In this document: piece after piece, positions 19,737 through 28,657 of the stretch
Layout of the letters: the number at the start of each line of letters is the position of its first letter
How positions within the stretch are numbered: the first letter of the stretch is position 1
NCBI GenBank assembly: GCA_964449945.1
Contig: CAYVBX010000001.1
Coordinates: 69,985 to 127,053, forward strand
Source: an uncultured Candidatus Peribacteria bacterium
GTDB taxonomy: Bacteria > Patescibacteriota > Gracilibacteria > UBA1369 > LOWO2-01-FULL-3
Reading direction: 5' to 3'
Length of the DNA: 57,069 nucleotides
Program-made: the position numbers and the translations under genes
Notes under the pieces: model-generated
Seen by the model: the letters and a program-made list of their open reading frames with translations, nothing else
Databases searched by the model: none
What the model was told of the DNA's origin: nothing

Positions 19737-20213
19737 ATGAAAAAGCTAATAATTATCTTTGTTTTAATTTTTTCTTTGACTTCTTGTTCACTTTTTAAGC
19801 AAGTGAATGATGTTGAAGTTCATAATCAATTAGTAATTAAGCTTGATAATGTTTTAGATAGTGAAAAAGAATTTTATAATGCATATATTAAATTACTACC
19901 TGATGATGAAATTTTAATTTTAGAAGAGAAGTATGAGAGTTTTAATTTAGCAGTGATTTCTCTTGATAATTTTTTCAAAAATACTAAATTTGCGTCCTAT
20001 CAAAATGTGTTTGCTAATGGTTATAATGATTTTTATAGAAGTTTTATTTTAGATTATAATAGAAGTTCTGGAGATTTTATAAATGAGCTTAAAAGTCGAG
20101 GAGTTATTTTTGAAGTTATTGATAAGTATTCTTCTTTGCTTGATCAATATTCTATAAATTTTGTTGATTATCATAACAGGATGATTGATCTTATAAATGA
20201 ACAAGCGGACTAA
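19737..20213 (+). CDS. small predicted lipoprotein, function unknown
   Basis: 158 aa. MKKLIIIFVLIFSLTSC is a signal peptide with lipobox L-T-S-C. Only plus-strand gene inside a 47-kb minus-strand block. Confidence 0.6.
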   Translation: MKKLIIIFVLIFSLTSCSLFKQVNDVEVHNQLVIKLDNVLDSEKEFYNAYIKLLPDDEILILEEKYESFNLAVISLDNFFKNTKFASYQNVFANGYNDFYRSFILDYNRSSGDFINELKSRGVIFEVIDKYSSLLDQYSINFVDYHNRMIDLINEQAD

Positions 20214-21012
20214 TAGATTCAATGATTTTGCTTATTTCAATTAAATCTTTTATTTTTAATTTCTCAGGTCTGATTTTCTCGTTTATTTCGGATTTTGTAA
20301 TTATTGTTTGAATGTCTTGATTTGAAAAATTGTATTCTTTTTGAAGAGATTTAAAAAATAATTTTCTTTTGTGAATAAATGTTTTTTTGGCAATTTCTAG
20401 GGCTTTTTTTGTATCTGTTTTTGAATATTTGTCACTCTGAAATGGTCTAATTTCTAAAATGCTAGAATTTACTTTTGGTGCTGGGAAAAATGAATTTTTT
20501 GAAACAGTTTTGAGGATTTTAGTTTCTGCAAAAAGTTTTATTTCAAGCGCTAAGATGCTTAAATTTTTTTCATCACATACTCTTTCGGCAAATTCTTTTT
20601 GAGTTAATAAAATAATTTTTTCTGCTTTATATTTTTGATTTAAAAAGTGTTTTATTAGTGGAGAACTAATATAATAGGGTATATTTGCAACTATTTTATA
20701 TTTTTTTTCGCGAATTTTATATTTTAGAGCGTCTTCGTTTATTATTTTTAATTTTTTATTGTTTAAAAATTTATCTTTTAAAACTGGAATTAGTGTTTTG
20801 TCTTTTTCTATACAAATTACATTTTTTGCTTTTTCAAGGAGTTTTTCTGTTAGAAATCCAAGTCCTGGACCTATTTCTATAATTGTGTTGGTTTTTTTAA
20901 TTTGGGCACTTTTTACAATAATTTCTAAAATTCCTTTGTTTATTAAAAAATTTTGTCCGAAGCTTTTTTTAATTTTTAAATTGTATTTTTCTAGGGTTTC
21001 TTTAAGTTTCAT
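20191..21012 (-). CDS. rsmA: 16S rRNA (adenine1518/1519-N6)-dimethyltransferase
   Basis: 273 aa. KKSFGQNFLINKGIL start, IIEIGPGLGFLT SAM motif, NIPYYISSPL motif. Confidence 0.93.
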   Translation of the reverse strand: MKLKETLEKYNLKIKKSFGQNFLINKGILEIIVKSAQIKKTNTIIEIGPGLGFLTEKLLEKAKNVICIEKDKTLIPVLKDKFLNNKKLKIINEDALKYKIREKKYKIVANIPYYISSPLIKHFLNQKYKAEKIILLTQKEFAERVCDEKNLSILALEIKLFAETKILKTVSKNSFFPAPKVNSSILEIRPFQSDKYSKTDTKKALEIAKKTFIHKRKLFFKSLQKEYNFSNQDIQTIITKSEINEKIRPEKLKIKDLIEISKIIESISPLVHL

Positions 21013-21254
21013 TTGATTTTGATGAGTTTTGTTCGTGATCTTAAACCACTAATTATTTTAATTTCTTCTTTTGATGCGTTTAGCTCTTTGCTTAAAAATT
21101 TTATAAGTTCAATGTTGGCTTTGTTTTTTTCTGGAGTGGCTTTTATTTTAATCTTTAATGTTATTCCGTCTTTGTCGTTTGTATAGTCAATTATCTCATT
21201 TTTATTGCTTTGAGGTATTACTTTTACTCTAATATATTCATCAGATATTTGCAT
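21009..21254 (-). CDS. DUF167 (YggU) family protein
   Basis: 81 aa. The pattern VKVIPQSNKNEI...LKIKIKATPEKNKANIELIKFLSKEL...GLRSRTKLIKI matches YggU-like proteins. 4-nt overlap with rsmA. Confidence 0.75.
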   Translation of the reverse strand: MQISDEYIRVKVIPQSNKNEIIDYTNDKDGITLKIKIKATPEKNKANIELIKFLSKELNASKEEIKIISGLRSRTKLIKIK

Positions 21255-22920
21255 TTTTTGTAATTGTGTTAAAACTAATAATTATTCCTAAGCTTGATAG
21301 AATTATTGCAATTTCTGTTATCAATAAATAGTGAGTGGGTGATGCTTTTATTAGATTAGTAAGTATTATTCCAATCATTAGTAATATGAGCAATGATTTT
21401 CCTATTTTCAATTTTTTCTCATTATTTTTTGAAAATGAATATGTAAAAAATATGTTTATAATTTGGCTTATGAAAAACCAAATTACAAAAAATCCAATTA
21501 GCTTTATGTATAATAAATCGGATGTGCTTATTTTTGAGCCTTTTTCAAATCCAAATACTTTTAGAAAATTTAATACTATTATTCCGCTTATTATTAATTG
21601 TAATATATAGTTTATCGTTATTTTTATTATTCCTTTGCTTTTACTTGCTGTATTGTAAAATTTTATGTCTTGAAATATAAAGGCAAAAGGAAGCGAAACA
21701 CTTAGGTCGATTGCTAAAAATAATATTACTGGCCAATATATTTCAATTTTTAAATAAATTAGTAAAAGAAGAACAAAAACTATAGGTATTTTATATAAAA
21801 ATAAAACATTTAAAGTCTTAAATTTATTTTCTTTTATGGTTTCTGTCTTTTTATATCTTTCGAGTGTTTGATTAAGATTATTTTTTTTGCTTATCCAAAT
21901 TGATTTTTGTCCTAATGAATTTAGTTTTTTTATTATTTCTAGTCTTGTTTTTAAATTTGTTTCGCAAAAAATATAATCTTTTTCAAGTTTTGATAATATT
22001 TTGTCTTTTTTTGTTTCTGTTAGAGTATTGAAGTATTCTCCAGAAATAGCTTCATAGTGTTGTTGATTTATTAGTCCTAGTTCGGATGCTACAGTAGATG
22101 CAGTTTTTTCTTTTATTTGAGTTATTAATAGTGTGTTTAATCCAAGTTCTTTTGCTTCTTTTATATGTTTTTCGTTTTTTCTGTTTAAAGGTTTTCTAAT
22201 TCCTGCAAAAGCGATTATTACTAGTTCTTTTTCAGTGAAATCTTTGCTGTAGTTGTCTAAAATTTTTAAAGGAAGTGGCCTGTAGGCATAAGCTATAACT
22301 TTTTTGCCTTTTTTGTTTAATTTTGAAATTTGTTTTTTTAATTTATGTCTAATTGAAGCAGTAATTTCTGTTTTTTTTCCATTTTTGATTATTCGGTTTG
22401 CTTTTTCTATTATTTTATATGGATTGCCTTTTGAAAGAGCAAATATTTCATTGCTTGATAATTTTTTAACAATTGTTGTAGTTATTTTGTCGTTTTCTTC
22501 ACTTAATACTTTATCAATTTCTCTATATTCTTTTTCAATTATCTCTTTGTTTATTTTTAGTTCTTTAAAAAAGTTTATAACAGCTTCTTCAAGTCTTTTG
22601 GTTTTTTTATGATTAGAAAACAAGCTTGTTACAAAAATCATTTTTAATTCTTCATTGTTTTTGAAATCAAAATCTATTTCTTCATTTTTTGATTTATCAA
22701 ATGTTACTATTTTGTTGCTTTCTGAGTTTTTTTCTATTTTTAGATTATCAATTATAAGTGTTTTTAGTTCAAAATAATTTTTAATTAAATTTTGGCTTGC
22801 TCCTAGGCAAATTACTTTTATGTTTTTATATTTTTTATCTTTTATTTTATTAAATAATATTAAAATAATAAAAGAAAAGGGAAGTGAGCCTATTATAAAC
22901 AATAATGGTGTTGTATTCAT
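21241..22920 (-). CDS. P-type ATPase homologue lacking A-domain, M1-M3 and all catalytic motifs (predicted pseudo-enzyme membrane protein)
   Basis: 559 aa. Collinear with the M4/P/N/M5-M10 parts of P2-type ATPases: IIGSLPF for IPEGLP, VICLGASQNL for ICSDKTGTLT, KGNPY for KGAPE, LITQI for MITGD, SKKNNLN for GDGVND. See findings. Confidence 0.7.
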   Translation of the reverse strand: MNTTPLLFIIGSLPFSFIILILFNKIKDKKYKNIKVICLGASQNLIKNYFELKTLIIDNLKIEKNSESNKIVTFDKSKNEEIDFDFKNNEELKMIFVTSLFSNHKKTKRLEEAVINFFKELKINKEIIEKEYREIDKVLSEENDKITTTIVKKLSSNEIFALSKGNPYKIIEKANRIIKNGKKTEITASIRHKLKKQISKLNKKGKKVIAYAYRPLPLKILDNYSKDFTEKELVIIAFAGIRKPLNRKNEKHIKEAKELGLNTLLITQIKEKTASTVASELGLINQQHYEAISGEYFNTLTETKKDKILSKLEKDYIFCETNLKTRLEIIKKLNSLGQKSIWISKKNNLNQTLERYKKTETIKENKFKTLNVLFLYKIPIVFVLLLLIYLKIEIYWPVILFLAIDLSVSLPFAFIFQDIKFYNTASKSKGIIKITINYILQLIISGIIVLNFLKVFGFEKGSKISTSDLLYIKLIGFFVIWFFISQIINIFFTYSFSKNNEKKLKIGKSLLILLMIGIILTNLIKASPTHYLLITEIAIILSSLGIIISFNTITKNANI

Positions 22921-22921
22921 A

Positions 22922-23569
22922 TTATTTGAGTTTTGATTTTTTCCATTTATTTATTTTTTCATGATTACCTGAAAGCAAAATATCAGGAACAGCTAGCCCT
23001 TTAAACCTCGGAGGTCTTGTGTATTGAGGATATTCTTTTTTTCTTTTTAACTTTTTTGAAAAAGAATCTTCTTCATGTGATTCGTTTGTATTTAGCGCTC
23101 CTTCGATTAGTCTTGTTATGCTGTCAACAAAAATCATCGCAGGAATTTCGCCTCCTGTTAGAATATATTTACCGATGGAAATTTCGATATCAACTATTAA
23201 GTCTCTTATTCTTTGATCAATTCCTTCATAGCGTCCGCATATTAAAATATAACTATTATTTTTTTTGCTAAAATTTTCGCATTTATTTTGTGTTAATATT
23301 TTTGCGTCAGGCGTGAAGAACACAACGGGGCCTTTATTTGTTTTTTTTATTTCTTGTATGCAATCATAAAGAGGCTGTGGAGTCATTAGCATGCCTGCTC
23401 CGCCTCCGTAAGGTGTATCATCAACCTTTCTGTGCTTATCTTTAGAAAAGTCTCTTAAATCGTGAATATTTATTTCAATTATTTTTTTTTGTATGGCCCT
23501 TTTTATAATGCTTTCATTGAAATATGAATCAAAAATTTTGGGAAAAATTGTAATTATGTCAAATTTCAT
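22922..23569 (-). CDS. trmD: tRNA (guanine37-N1)-methyltransferase
   Basis: 215 aa. MKFDIITIFPKIF start, DDTPYGGGAGMLM and GRYEGIDQRI motifs. Confidence 0.95.
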   Translation of the reverse strand: MKFDIITIFPKIFDSYFNESIIKRAIQKKIIEINIHDLRDFSKDKHRKVDDTPYGGGAGMLMTPQPLYDCIQEIKKTNKGPVVFFTPDAKILTQNKCENFSKKNNSYILICGRYEGIDQRIRDLIVDIEISIGKYILTGGEIPAMIFVDSITRLIEGALNTNESHEEDSFSKKLKRKKEYPQYTRPPRFKGLAVPDILLSGNHEKINKWKKSKLK

Positions 23570-23637
23570 TATTTTATTTATTTAGTTTTCTTTAATATAC
23601 ATTATCTTGTATAAATTTTGGATATTATTTTGAAAAT

Positions 23638-23666
23638 AAAAAAAGAACCTTTTTTTATTAAGGCTC
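23638..23666 (-). terminator. rho-independent terminator after rpsI
   Basis: Minus-strand RNA GAGCCUU-aauaaaaa-AAGGUUC (7 bp including one G.U) followed by seven U. Starts 16 nt after the rpsI stop. Confidence 0.6.
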
Positions 23667-23681
23667 TTTTTACAATTTTGT

Positions 23682-24107
23682 TTATCGTTTTGAGAATTGT
23701 GGTGCTCTTCTTGCTCTTTTTAGACCTGGTTTTTTTCGTTCTTTTATTCTTGGATCTCTGGTAAGAAAACCAGCCTTTTTTAGTGTGATTTTTGATAAAG
23801 GTTCTGCTTCAAGCAATGCTCTTGAAATGCCGTGTCTTATTGCTTCTGATTGGCCGTTTATTCCTCCTCCACTAACAAGGATTGTAATATCGAATTTTTT
23901 AAGATTGTCTGTAATTTTTAGTGGTTCTTTAATTAGTTCACTTTGAGTTCTAACATCACAAAATTCTTTAATTGTTTTTCCATTTATCATTATTTGGCCT
24001 TTTCCTTTGTATAGTCTTACTTTTGCGATAGCATTTTTCCTTTTACCTAAGCCATAATAATATTTACCTTCAGGTGTTTCTAGTTTTATTATATTCTCTG
24101 TTTTCAT
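23682..24107 (-). CDS. rpsI: 30S ribosomal protein S9
   Basis: 141 aa. GGGINGQSEAIRHGISRAL and C-terminal RKKPGLKRARRAPQFSKR. Confidence 0.97.
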   Translation of the reverse strand: MKTENIIKLETPEGKYYYGLGKRKNAIAKVRLYKGKGQIMINGKTIKEFCDVRTQSELIKEPLKITDNLKKFDITILVSGGGINGQSEAIRHGISRALLEAEPLSKITLKKAGFLTRDPRIKERKKPGLKRARRAPQFSKR

Positions 24108-24116
24108 TTTTTAAGG

Positions 24117-24551
24117 TTATTTGATTTCTAATAATACTGGCTTTTGAGCTTCATGTGTGTGCTCAGAAGATCTGAAAAGCTTTAGCTTTTTTAGTATTGC
24201 TGGTCTGAGTTTGTTTTTTGGGAGCATACCGCTAACACAAATTTCAACCATTTTTTCAGGTTTTTTCTCGATCATTTCTTTAGCTTTAACTTCCGTAAGG
24301 TGACCTGAAAAACCTGAGTGTTTGTAATATGATTTTTTATCAATTTTTGTACCTGTAAGTCGTACTTTTTCGCAGTTTATTACGATTACAAAGTCTCCAC
24401 AATCTGCTTGTGGGCAATAAATTGCCTTATTTTTGCCTCTGAGAACATCTGCTATAATTGTGCACATTCTGCCAAGTGTTTTGCCTTCAGCGTCCACAAT
24501 ATACCATTTTCTTTCTATCTCGTTGGTGTTTGGAAAAACTGTAGTTTTCAT
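24117..24551 (-). CDS. rplM: 50S ribosomal protein L13
   Basis: 144 aa. KWYIVDAEGKTLGRMCTIIADVLRGK. Confidence 0.97.
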   Translation of the reverse strand: MKTTVFPNTNEIERKWYIVDAEGKTLGRMCTIIADVLRGKNKAIYCPQADCGDFVIVINCEKVRLTGTKIDKKSYYKHSGFSGHLTEVKAKEMIEKKPEKMVEICVSGMLPKNKLRPAILKKLKLFRSSEHTHEAQKPVLLEIK

Positions 24552-24553
24552 GT

Positions 24554-24910
24554 TTAGTTTATTAATTCAAGTTGTACAAGAGGGGCATTGTCGCCTTTGC
24601 GATTACCAATTTTTGTTATTCTAGTGAAGCCTGAGTCTTTTTCTTTATATCTTTCTTTTAAGACTTCAATTAGTTTTTTTGAGCTGTCTTCATGATTTAA
24701 AAGTGAATCAAATTGTCTGATTGCTGTAATTTCTGGCCTTGTTTTTGCAATTGAAATTAGTCTTTCAACGAAAGGTTGTATGTCTTTTGCTTTAGCTCCA
24801 GTTGTTTTAATTTTTTCATGAATTATTACAGATATCGCAAGATTTTTCATAAGAGCGTTTTTGTGATCTCTGTCTGTTCCGAGTTTTACTTTTTTTACTT
24901 TATGCCTCAT
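24554..24910 (-). CDS. rplQ: 50S ribosomal protein L17
   Basis: 118 aa. MRHKVKKVKLGTDRDHKNALMKNL start. Confidence 0.97.
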   Translation of the reverse strand: MRHKVKKVKLGTDRDHKNALMKNLAISVIIHEKIKTTGAKAKDIQPFVERLISIAKTRPEITAIRQFDSLLNHEDSSKKLIEVLKERYKEKDSGFTRITKIGNRKGDNAPLVQLELIN

Positions 24911-24928
24911 TTTATAGATTATTTAGAA

Positions 24929-25903
24929 TTATTCTTGTGTTAGGGTTAAACCTTTTGTATTTAATGCATCTTTTACTTCTGTGAGTGCTTTTTTACCAAA
25001 TCCTCTTAAATTTGAGAGTTTGCTTTCTGTACATTTTGATAATTGTTCAATAGAACCAATTCCTCCATTGATTAACGCGTTTAGAGTTCTTGGTGAGAAG
25101 CCTAGTATTTCTATTGGCGTGTATGATTCTTGAACTGGCTTGTTTGCTTCTTCTTCTTGTTCTTTTTCCATTATTGTTTTTATATCCGCAATGAAATCTG
25201 GTTCTACAATAATGTTTTCAGCGTTAAACATATTAAAGTAAGATTGAAGAATGTTTGATGCAAATTTTACTGCATCTTCTGGGCTAATTGTGCCGTTTGT
25301 AAGAACTTCAAGGCTTAATTTGTCTAGATTTGTTGTTTGTGCAACACGAGTAGGGGAAACTTCATATCTTACTTTTTTGATTGGTGAATAAAAAGCATCA
25401 ACCAAAATCATTTGTGTGTCTGTTTCATCTTTTTCCATCTGTACTGCTGGCGTGTAGCCAACACCTTTTTCTATTCTTAAATCCATTTTTAACCTTGAAC
25501 CTTTTTCTAAAGTAGCAATATAAAGATCTGGATTTAAAATTTCAACATCTGAAGGGCATGAAATGTCTTTTGCAAATATTTCGCCTGTTTTGCTTGTTTC
25601 AAGTGTTAGCATTGATATGCCTGAGCTTTCTTTTTTTAAATCAAGTTGTCTTAGATTTAGAATTATATCTAAAACACTTTCTTTCATTCCTTTTACTGTA
25701 GAATATTCGTGACTTACTCCTTCGATCTTGATCCCTGAGATTGATGCTCCGGGGAGCGATGAGAGTAGTATTCTTCTTAATGCATTACCGATTGTTACAC
25801 CATAACCTGTTGGGAGTGGGCTAACTGTAAATACTCCGTGGTTTTCTGTGATTTTATCGATTTTTATTCTTGGAATACCAATCTCTGCTTGAATTATGTG
25901 CAT
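24929..25903 (-). CDS. rpoA: DNA-directed RNA polymerase subunit alpha
   Basis: 324 aa. GVTIGNALRRILLSSLPGASI N-terminal domain and C-terminal HhH domain LGFSPRTLNAL. Confidence 0.97.
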   Translation of the reverse strand: MHIIQAEIGIPRIKIDKITENHGVFTVSPLPTGYGVTIGNALRRILLSSLPGASISGIKIEGVSHEYSTVKGMKESVLDIILNLRQLDLKKESSGISMLTLETSKTGEIFAKDISCPSDVEILNPDLYIATLEKGSRLKMDLRIEKGVGYTPAVQMEKDETDTQMILVDAFYSPIKKVRYEVSPTRVAQTTNLDKLSLEVLTNGTISPEDAVKFASNILQSYFNMFNAENIIVEPDFIADIKTIMEKEQEEEANKPVQESYTPIEILGFSPRTLNALINGGIGSIEQLSKCTESKLSNLRGFGKKALTEVKDALNTKGLTLTQE

Positions 25904-25916
25904 ATTGATTGATTTA

Positions 25917-26531
25917 TTATTTTGAATAATATTCTATTATAAGTTGTGGGTTGATTAAGCCCTCCATATCTCCTTTTTCTGGAAGTCCTTTAACTTCTCC
26001 TGCTAGTTTTTTTAGATCAACTGTAATCCAGCGTGGAGATCTTGGTTTTGAATTTTTAACTGATTCAAATAATTTTGATGATTTTTTCTTTTCAACTACT
26101 TCAAAAATATCTCCTTCCTCAACTTGAATTGAAGGAGTTTTTGCTCTTTTGCCGTTGATCATAATTAGTCCATGTGAAACTATTTGTCTTGCTTGTGGTC
26201 TTGTTTCTGCAAGTCCAGCTCTGTAGATTACATTATCAAGTCTTCTTTCAAGTAGTTGCATAAAAATAAGTCCAGTATTTCCTACACTGTTTGTAGACTT
26301 TTTGTATAGATTTTTGCATTGTCTTTCTGTAATTCCATACATGTATTTTGCCTTTTGTTTTTCTTTGAGCTGTTTTCCATACTCTGATGTTGATGAAAAA
26401 TGCTTTTGTCCATGCATTCCTGGTTTATAGTTTTTCTTTTGAAATGCTTTAATTTTACTTTGTCCGTTTGTAAATACCATTACTCCAAGACTTCTTGAAA
26501 TTCTGGTTGTTGGTCCTGTATAGCGTGACAT
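25917..26531 (-). CDS. rpsD: 30S ribosomal protein S4
   Basis: 204 aa. MSRYTGPTTRISRSLG start and S4 RNA-binding domain RLDNVIYRAGLAETRPQARQ. Confidence 0.97.
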   Translation of the reverse strand: MSRYTGPTTRISRSLGVMVFTNGQSKIKAFQKKNYKPGMHGQKHFSSTSEYGKQLKEKQKAKYMYGITERQCKNLYKKSTNSVGNTGLIFMQLLERRLDNVIYRAGLAETRPQARQIVSHGLIMINGKRAKTPSIQVEEGDIFEVVEKKKSSKLFESVKNSKPRSPRWITVDLKKLAGEVKGLPEKGDMEGLINPQLIIEYYSK

Positions 26532-26559
26532 AAATTACAATATTAATTGGAAATAAAAA

Positions 26560-26973
26560 TTATACTCTTCGTGGTTTTCTTTTTCTACAACCATTGTGAG
26601 CGATTGGTGTTACATCGTTTATAGAAATTAATTCTAGGCCTTTTGATACAAGTCCTCGAACTGCTTGTTCTCTTCCACTTCCAAGTCCTTTTACAAAAAC
26701 GCTTACTTTTTCTAGACCATAAACTTTGGCTTTTTCAGCAGCATTTTCTGCGGCAACTTGGGCCGCATATGGTGTTGCTTGTCTTGCTCCTTTAAATCCA
26801 CTTGAGCCTGCTGAGCCCCAAGTTAGGACATTCCCACTAGTGTCTGTAATTGTGACAATTGTATTGTTGTATGTTGATTGAACAAAAACATTTCCCGTGG
26901 TGACATGTTTTCTTATTTTTTTGCCAGATTTTTTACCAGCTTTTACTGGCGATTTTTTAACTGCTTCTGTCAT
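26560..26973 (-). CDS. rpsK: 30S ribosomal protein S11
   Basis: Start chosen at the internal ATG 26973 (MTEAVKKSP...[16 protein letters not shown]). This gives a normal 137-aa S11 and removes the 61-nt overlap with rpsM implied by the ORF-track start 27045. Confidence 0.95.
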   Translation of the reverse strand: MTEAVKKSPVKAGKKSGKKIRKHVTTGNVFVQSTYNNTIVTITDTSGNVLTWGSAGSSGFKGARQATPYAAQVAAENAAEKAKVYGLEKVSVFVKGLGSGREQAVRGLVSKGLELISINDVTPIAHNGCRKRKPRRV

Positions 26974-26984
26974 TATGTTGTAAA

Positions 26985-27359
26985 TTATTTTGTAGCTATT
27001 TTCTTGTTTGCGACTGTTTTCTTTTTGCCTTTTAGTGTTCGGCAATTATATTTTGTGCTTTGACCCCTTGCAGGAAGTCTTCTTGCATGTCTAAATCCTC
27101 TGTAGCATCCAATTTCTTGAAGTCTCTTAATATCCATTGCTGTTTTTCTTTTTAAATCACCTTCTGTTGGGATTTTGTCTATGAGTTCTCTTATTTTATC
27201 TAATTCAGCATCGCTTAAATCTTTTACTTTTACATCTTTATCTATTTTTACTTCTTCAAGTATTGTTGTACTTAATTTTCTTCCAATTCCGTAAACATAA
27301 GTAAGAGCAATTTGTATTCTTTTATCGTTTGGTAGGTTTATTCCTGATATTCGTGCCAT
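26985..27359 (-). CDS. rpsM: 30S ribosomal protein S13
   Basis: 124 aa. [26 protein letters not shown]. Confidence 0.97.
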   Translation of the reverse strand: MARISGINLPNDKRIQIALTYVYGIGRKLSTTILEEVKIDKDVKVKDLSDAELDKIRELIDKIPTEGDLKRKTAMDIKRLQEIGCYRGFRHARRLPARGQSTKYNCRTLKGKKKTVANKKIATK

Positions 27360-27401
27360 TGTTTATGTAATTATGGTTAATAATGATTTTAAGGCTAGAA
27401 A

Positions 27402-27533
27402 TTATCCTTGCCTTTGTTTGTGCTTAGGATTTGATGCACAGATAACTCGAAGTACGGATTTTTTTTCTCCGTTTCTTCTTCTTATAACTTTGCATTTACT
27501 GCAAATCGGTTTGACTGATGCTCGTACTTTCAT
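27402..27533 (-). CDS. rpmJ: 50S ribosomal protein L36
   Basis: Not in the ORF track because it is under 60 aa. Own translation of the minus strand gives [43 protein letters not shown] (43 aa) then TAA. Canonical position between infA and rpsM. Confidence 0.92.
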   Translation of the reverse strand: MKVRASVKPICSKCKVIRRRNGEKKSVLRVICASNPKHKQRQG

Positions 27534-27540
27534 TGTTTTC

Positions 27541-27756
27541 TTATTTATGTCTATAGGTTATTCGACCTTTGTTTAGGTCATAAGGGCTGAGTTCTACGGT
27601 GACTTTGTCTCCGGGGAGTATTTTGATGAAATTTTTTCTCATCTTTCCCGATGGATGAGCTGAAATTAGCTGATCGTTAGAAAGCTTGACTACGAAGCCA
27701 TTTCTTTGGCCTTCGATTACAATTCCTTCTAATTCTATGATGTCATCTTTTCCCAT
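27541..27756 (-). CDS. infA: translation initiation factor IF-1
   Basis: 71-aa S1-like OB fold. [33 protein letters not shown]. Confidence 0.97.
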   Translation of the reverse strand: MGKDDIIELEGIVIEGQRNGFVVKLSNDQLISAHPSGKMRKNFIKILPGDKVTVELSPYDLNKGRITYRHK

Positions 27757-27786
27757 TTGTATGCCCTTAATTTAAAAAGCGGTTGG

Positions 27787-27815
27787 ATATTACATAAAAT
27801 AATTTATTCTTGCAA
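27787..27815 (-). promoter_or_regulatory. sigma70-like promoter upstream of infA
   Basis: Minus strand TTGCAA-17 nt-TAATAT, located in the 145-nt gap between map and infA. Confidence 0.45.
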
Positions 27816-27901
27816 GAGATTTTCTTTAAAAAAGGTGGTAATTTTTTTTATTATTGTTCTATGATCTTTTTTTTAAGAAAATGTCTTTATTTTATGCGAT
27901 T

Positions 27902-28657
27902 TTATTTGAGTCTTGTGAGAATTTCTGATCCTGTTTCGGTGATTAAAATAGTGTCTTCGTATTGTACTGAGTCTGAACCATCAGTTGTTGCTAAACTCCA
28001 ATTATCTTTTTCGGTTTTTAGTTTATGTGTTGAAACTGAAAAAATTGGTTCTATTGCTATTGTCATACCTGCTTCTAGTTTGCAGTCTTCTTGTTTGTTG
28101 TAGTAATTAAAAATTGTTGGTGTTTCGTGTAGTTTTTTTCCTACGCCATGTCCCGTTAGATCGTATATTATTTTAAATCCATTTTTTTTAACAAAATCTT
28201 CAATTGCTTTGCTAATATTGCTTACTTTGGCATTTGGTCTTGCCTCAGAAATTCCTCTTTCTAATGCTTCTTTTGACACTTTGATTAGTCGTTTTCTTTG
28301 ATTTGATATGTCGCCAATTCCTATTGCTCTGGCGGCATCGGTATATAAGTTTTTAAAAATTACACCGCAATCAATTTTTAATAAATCACCATTTTTTAAA
28401 ATTTCTGATTTTTTAGGAATTCCATGTACTATAATGTTGTTTATAGACGTGCATAGGGTAGCTGGAAATCCTTGAAAACCTTTGAATGCAGGTATTGCAT
28501 TTTTCTCTAAAATAAATTCTTCTGCTATTTTGTCTAATTCAAAAGTAGACATTCCTTCTTTTGCAATTGTTGTAATTAAATCAAGAGTTTCTGCAAGTAT
28601 TTGCCCTCCAATTCTCATTGCTTCAATTTCTTCTTTAGTTTTAATATTTGGGTGCAT
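27902..28657 (-). CDS. map: type I methionine aminopeptidase
   Basis: 251 aa. Metal ligands lie in the contexts DCGVIFKNLYTDAA, GHGVGKKLHE and IAIEP. Confidence 0.95.
   Translation of the reverse strand: MHPNIKTKEEIEAMRIGGQILAETLDLITTIAKEGMSTFELDKIAEEFILEKNAIPAFKGFQGFPATLCTSINNIIVHGIPKKSEILKNGDLLKIDCGVIFKNLYTDAARAIGIGDISNQRKRLIKVSKEALERGISEARPNAKVSNISKAIEDFVKKNGFKIIYDLTGHGVGKKLHETPTIFNYYNKQEDCKLEAGMTIAIEPIFSVSTHKLKTEKDNWSLATTDGSDSVQYEDTILITETGSEILTRLK

Noticed and set aside
26974-27045. 24-codon N-terminal extension of S11 given by the ORF track (start 27045)
   Set aside because: It would overlap rpsM by 61 nt and adds non-homologous sequence. The internal ATG at 26973 gives a canonical S11 N-terminus.
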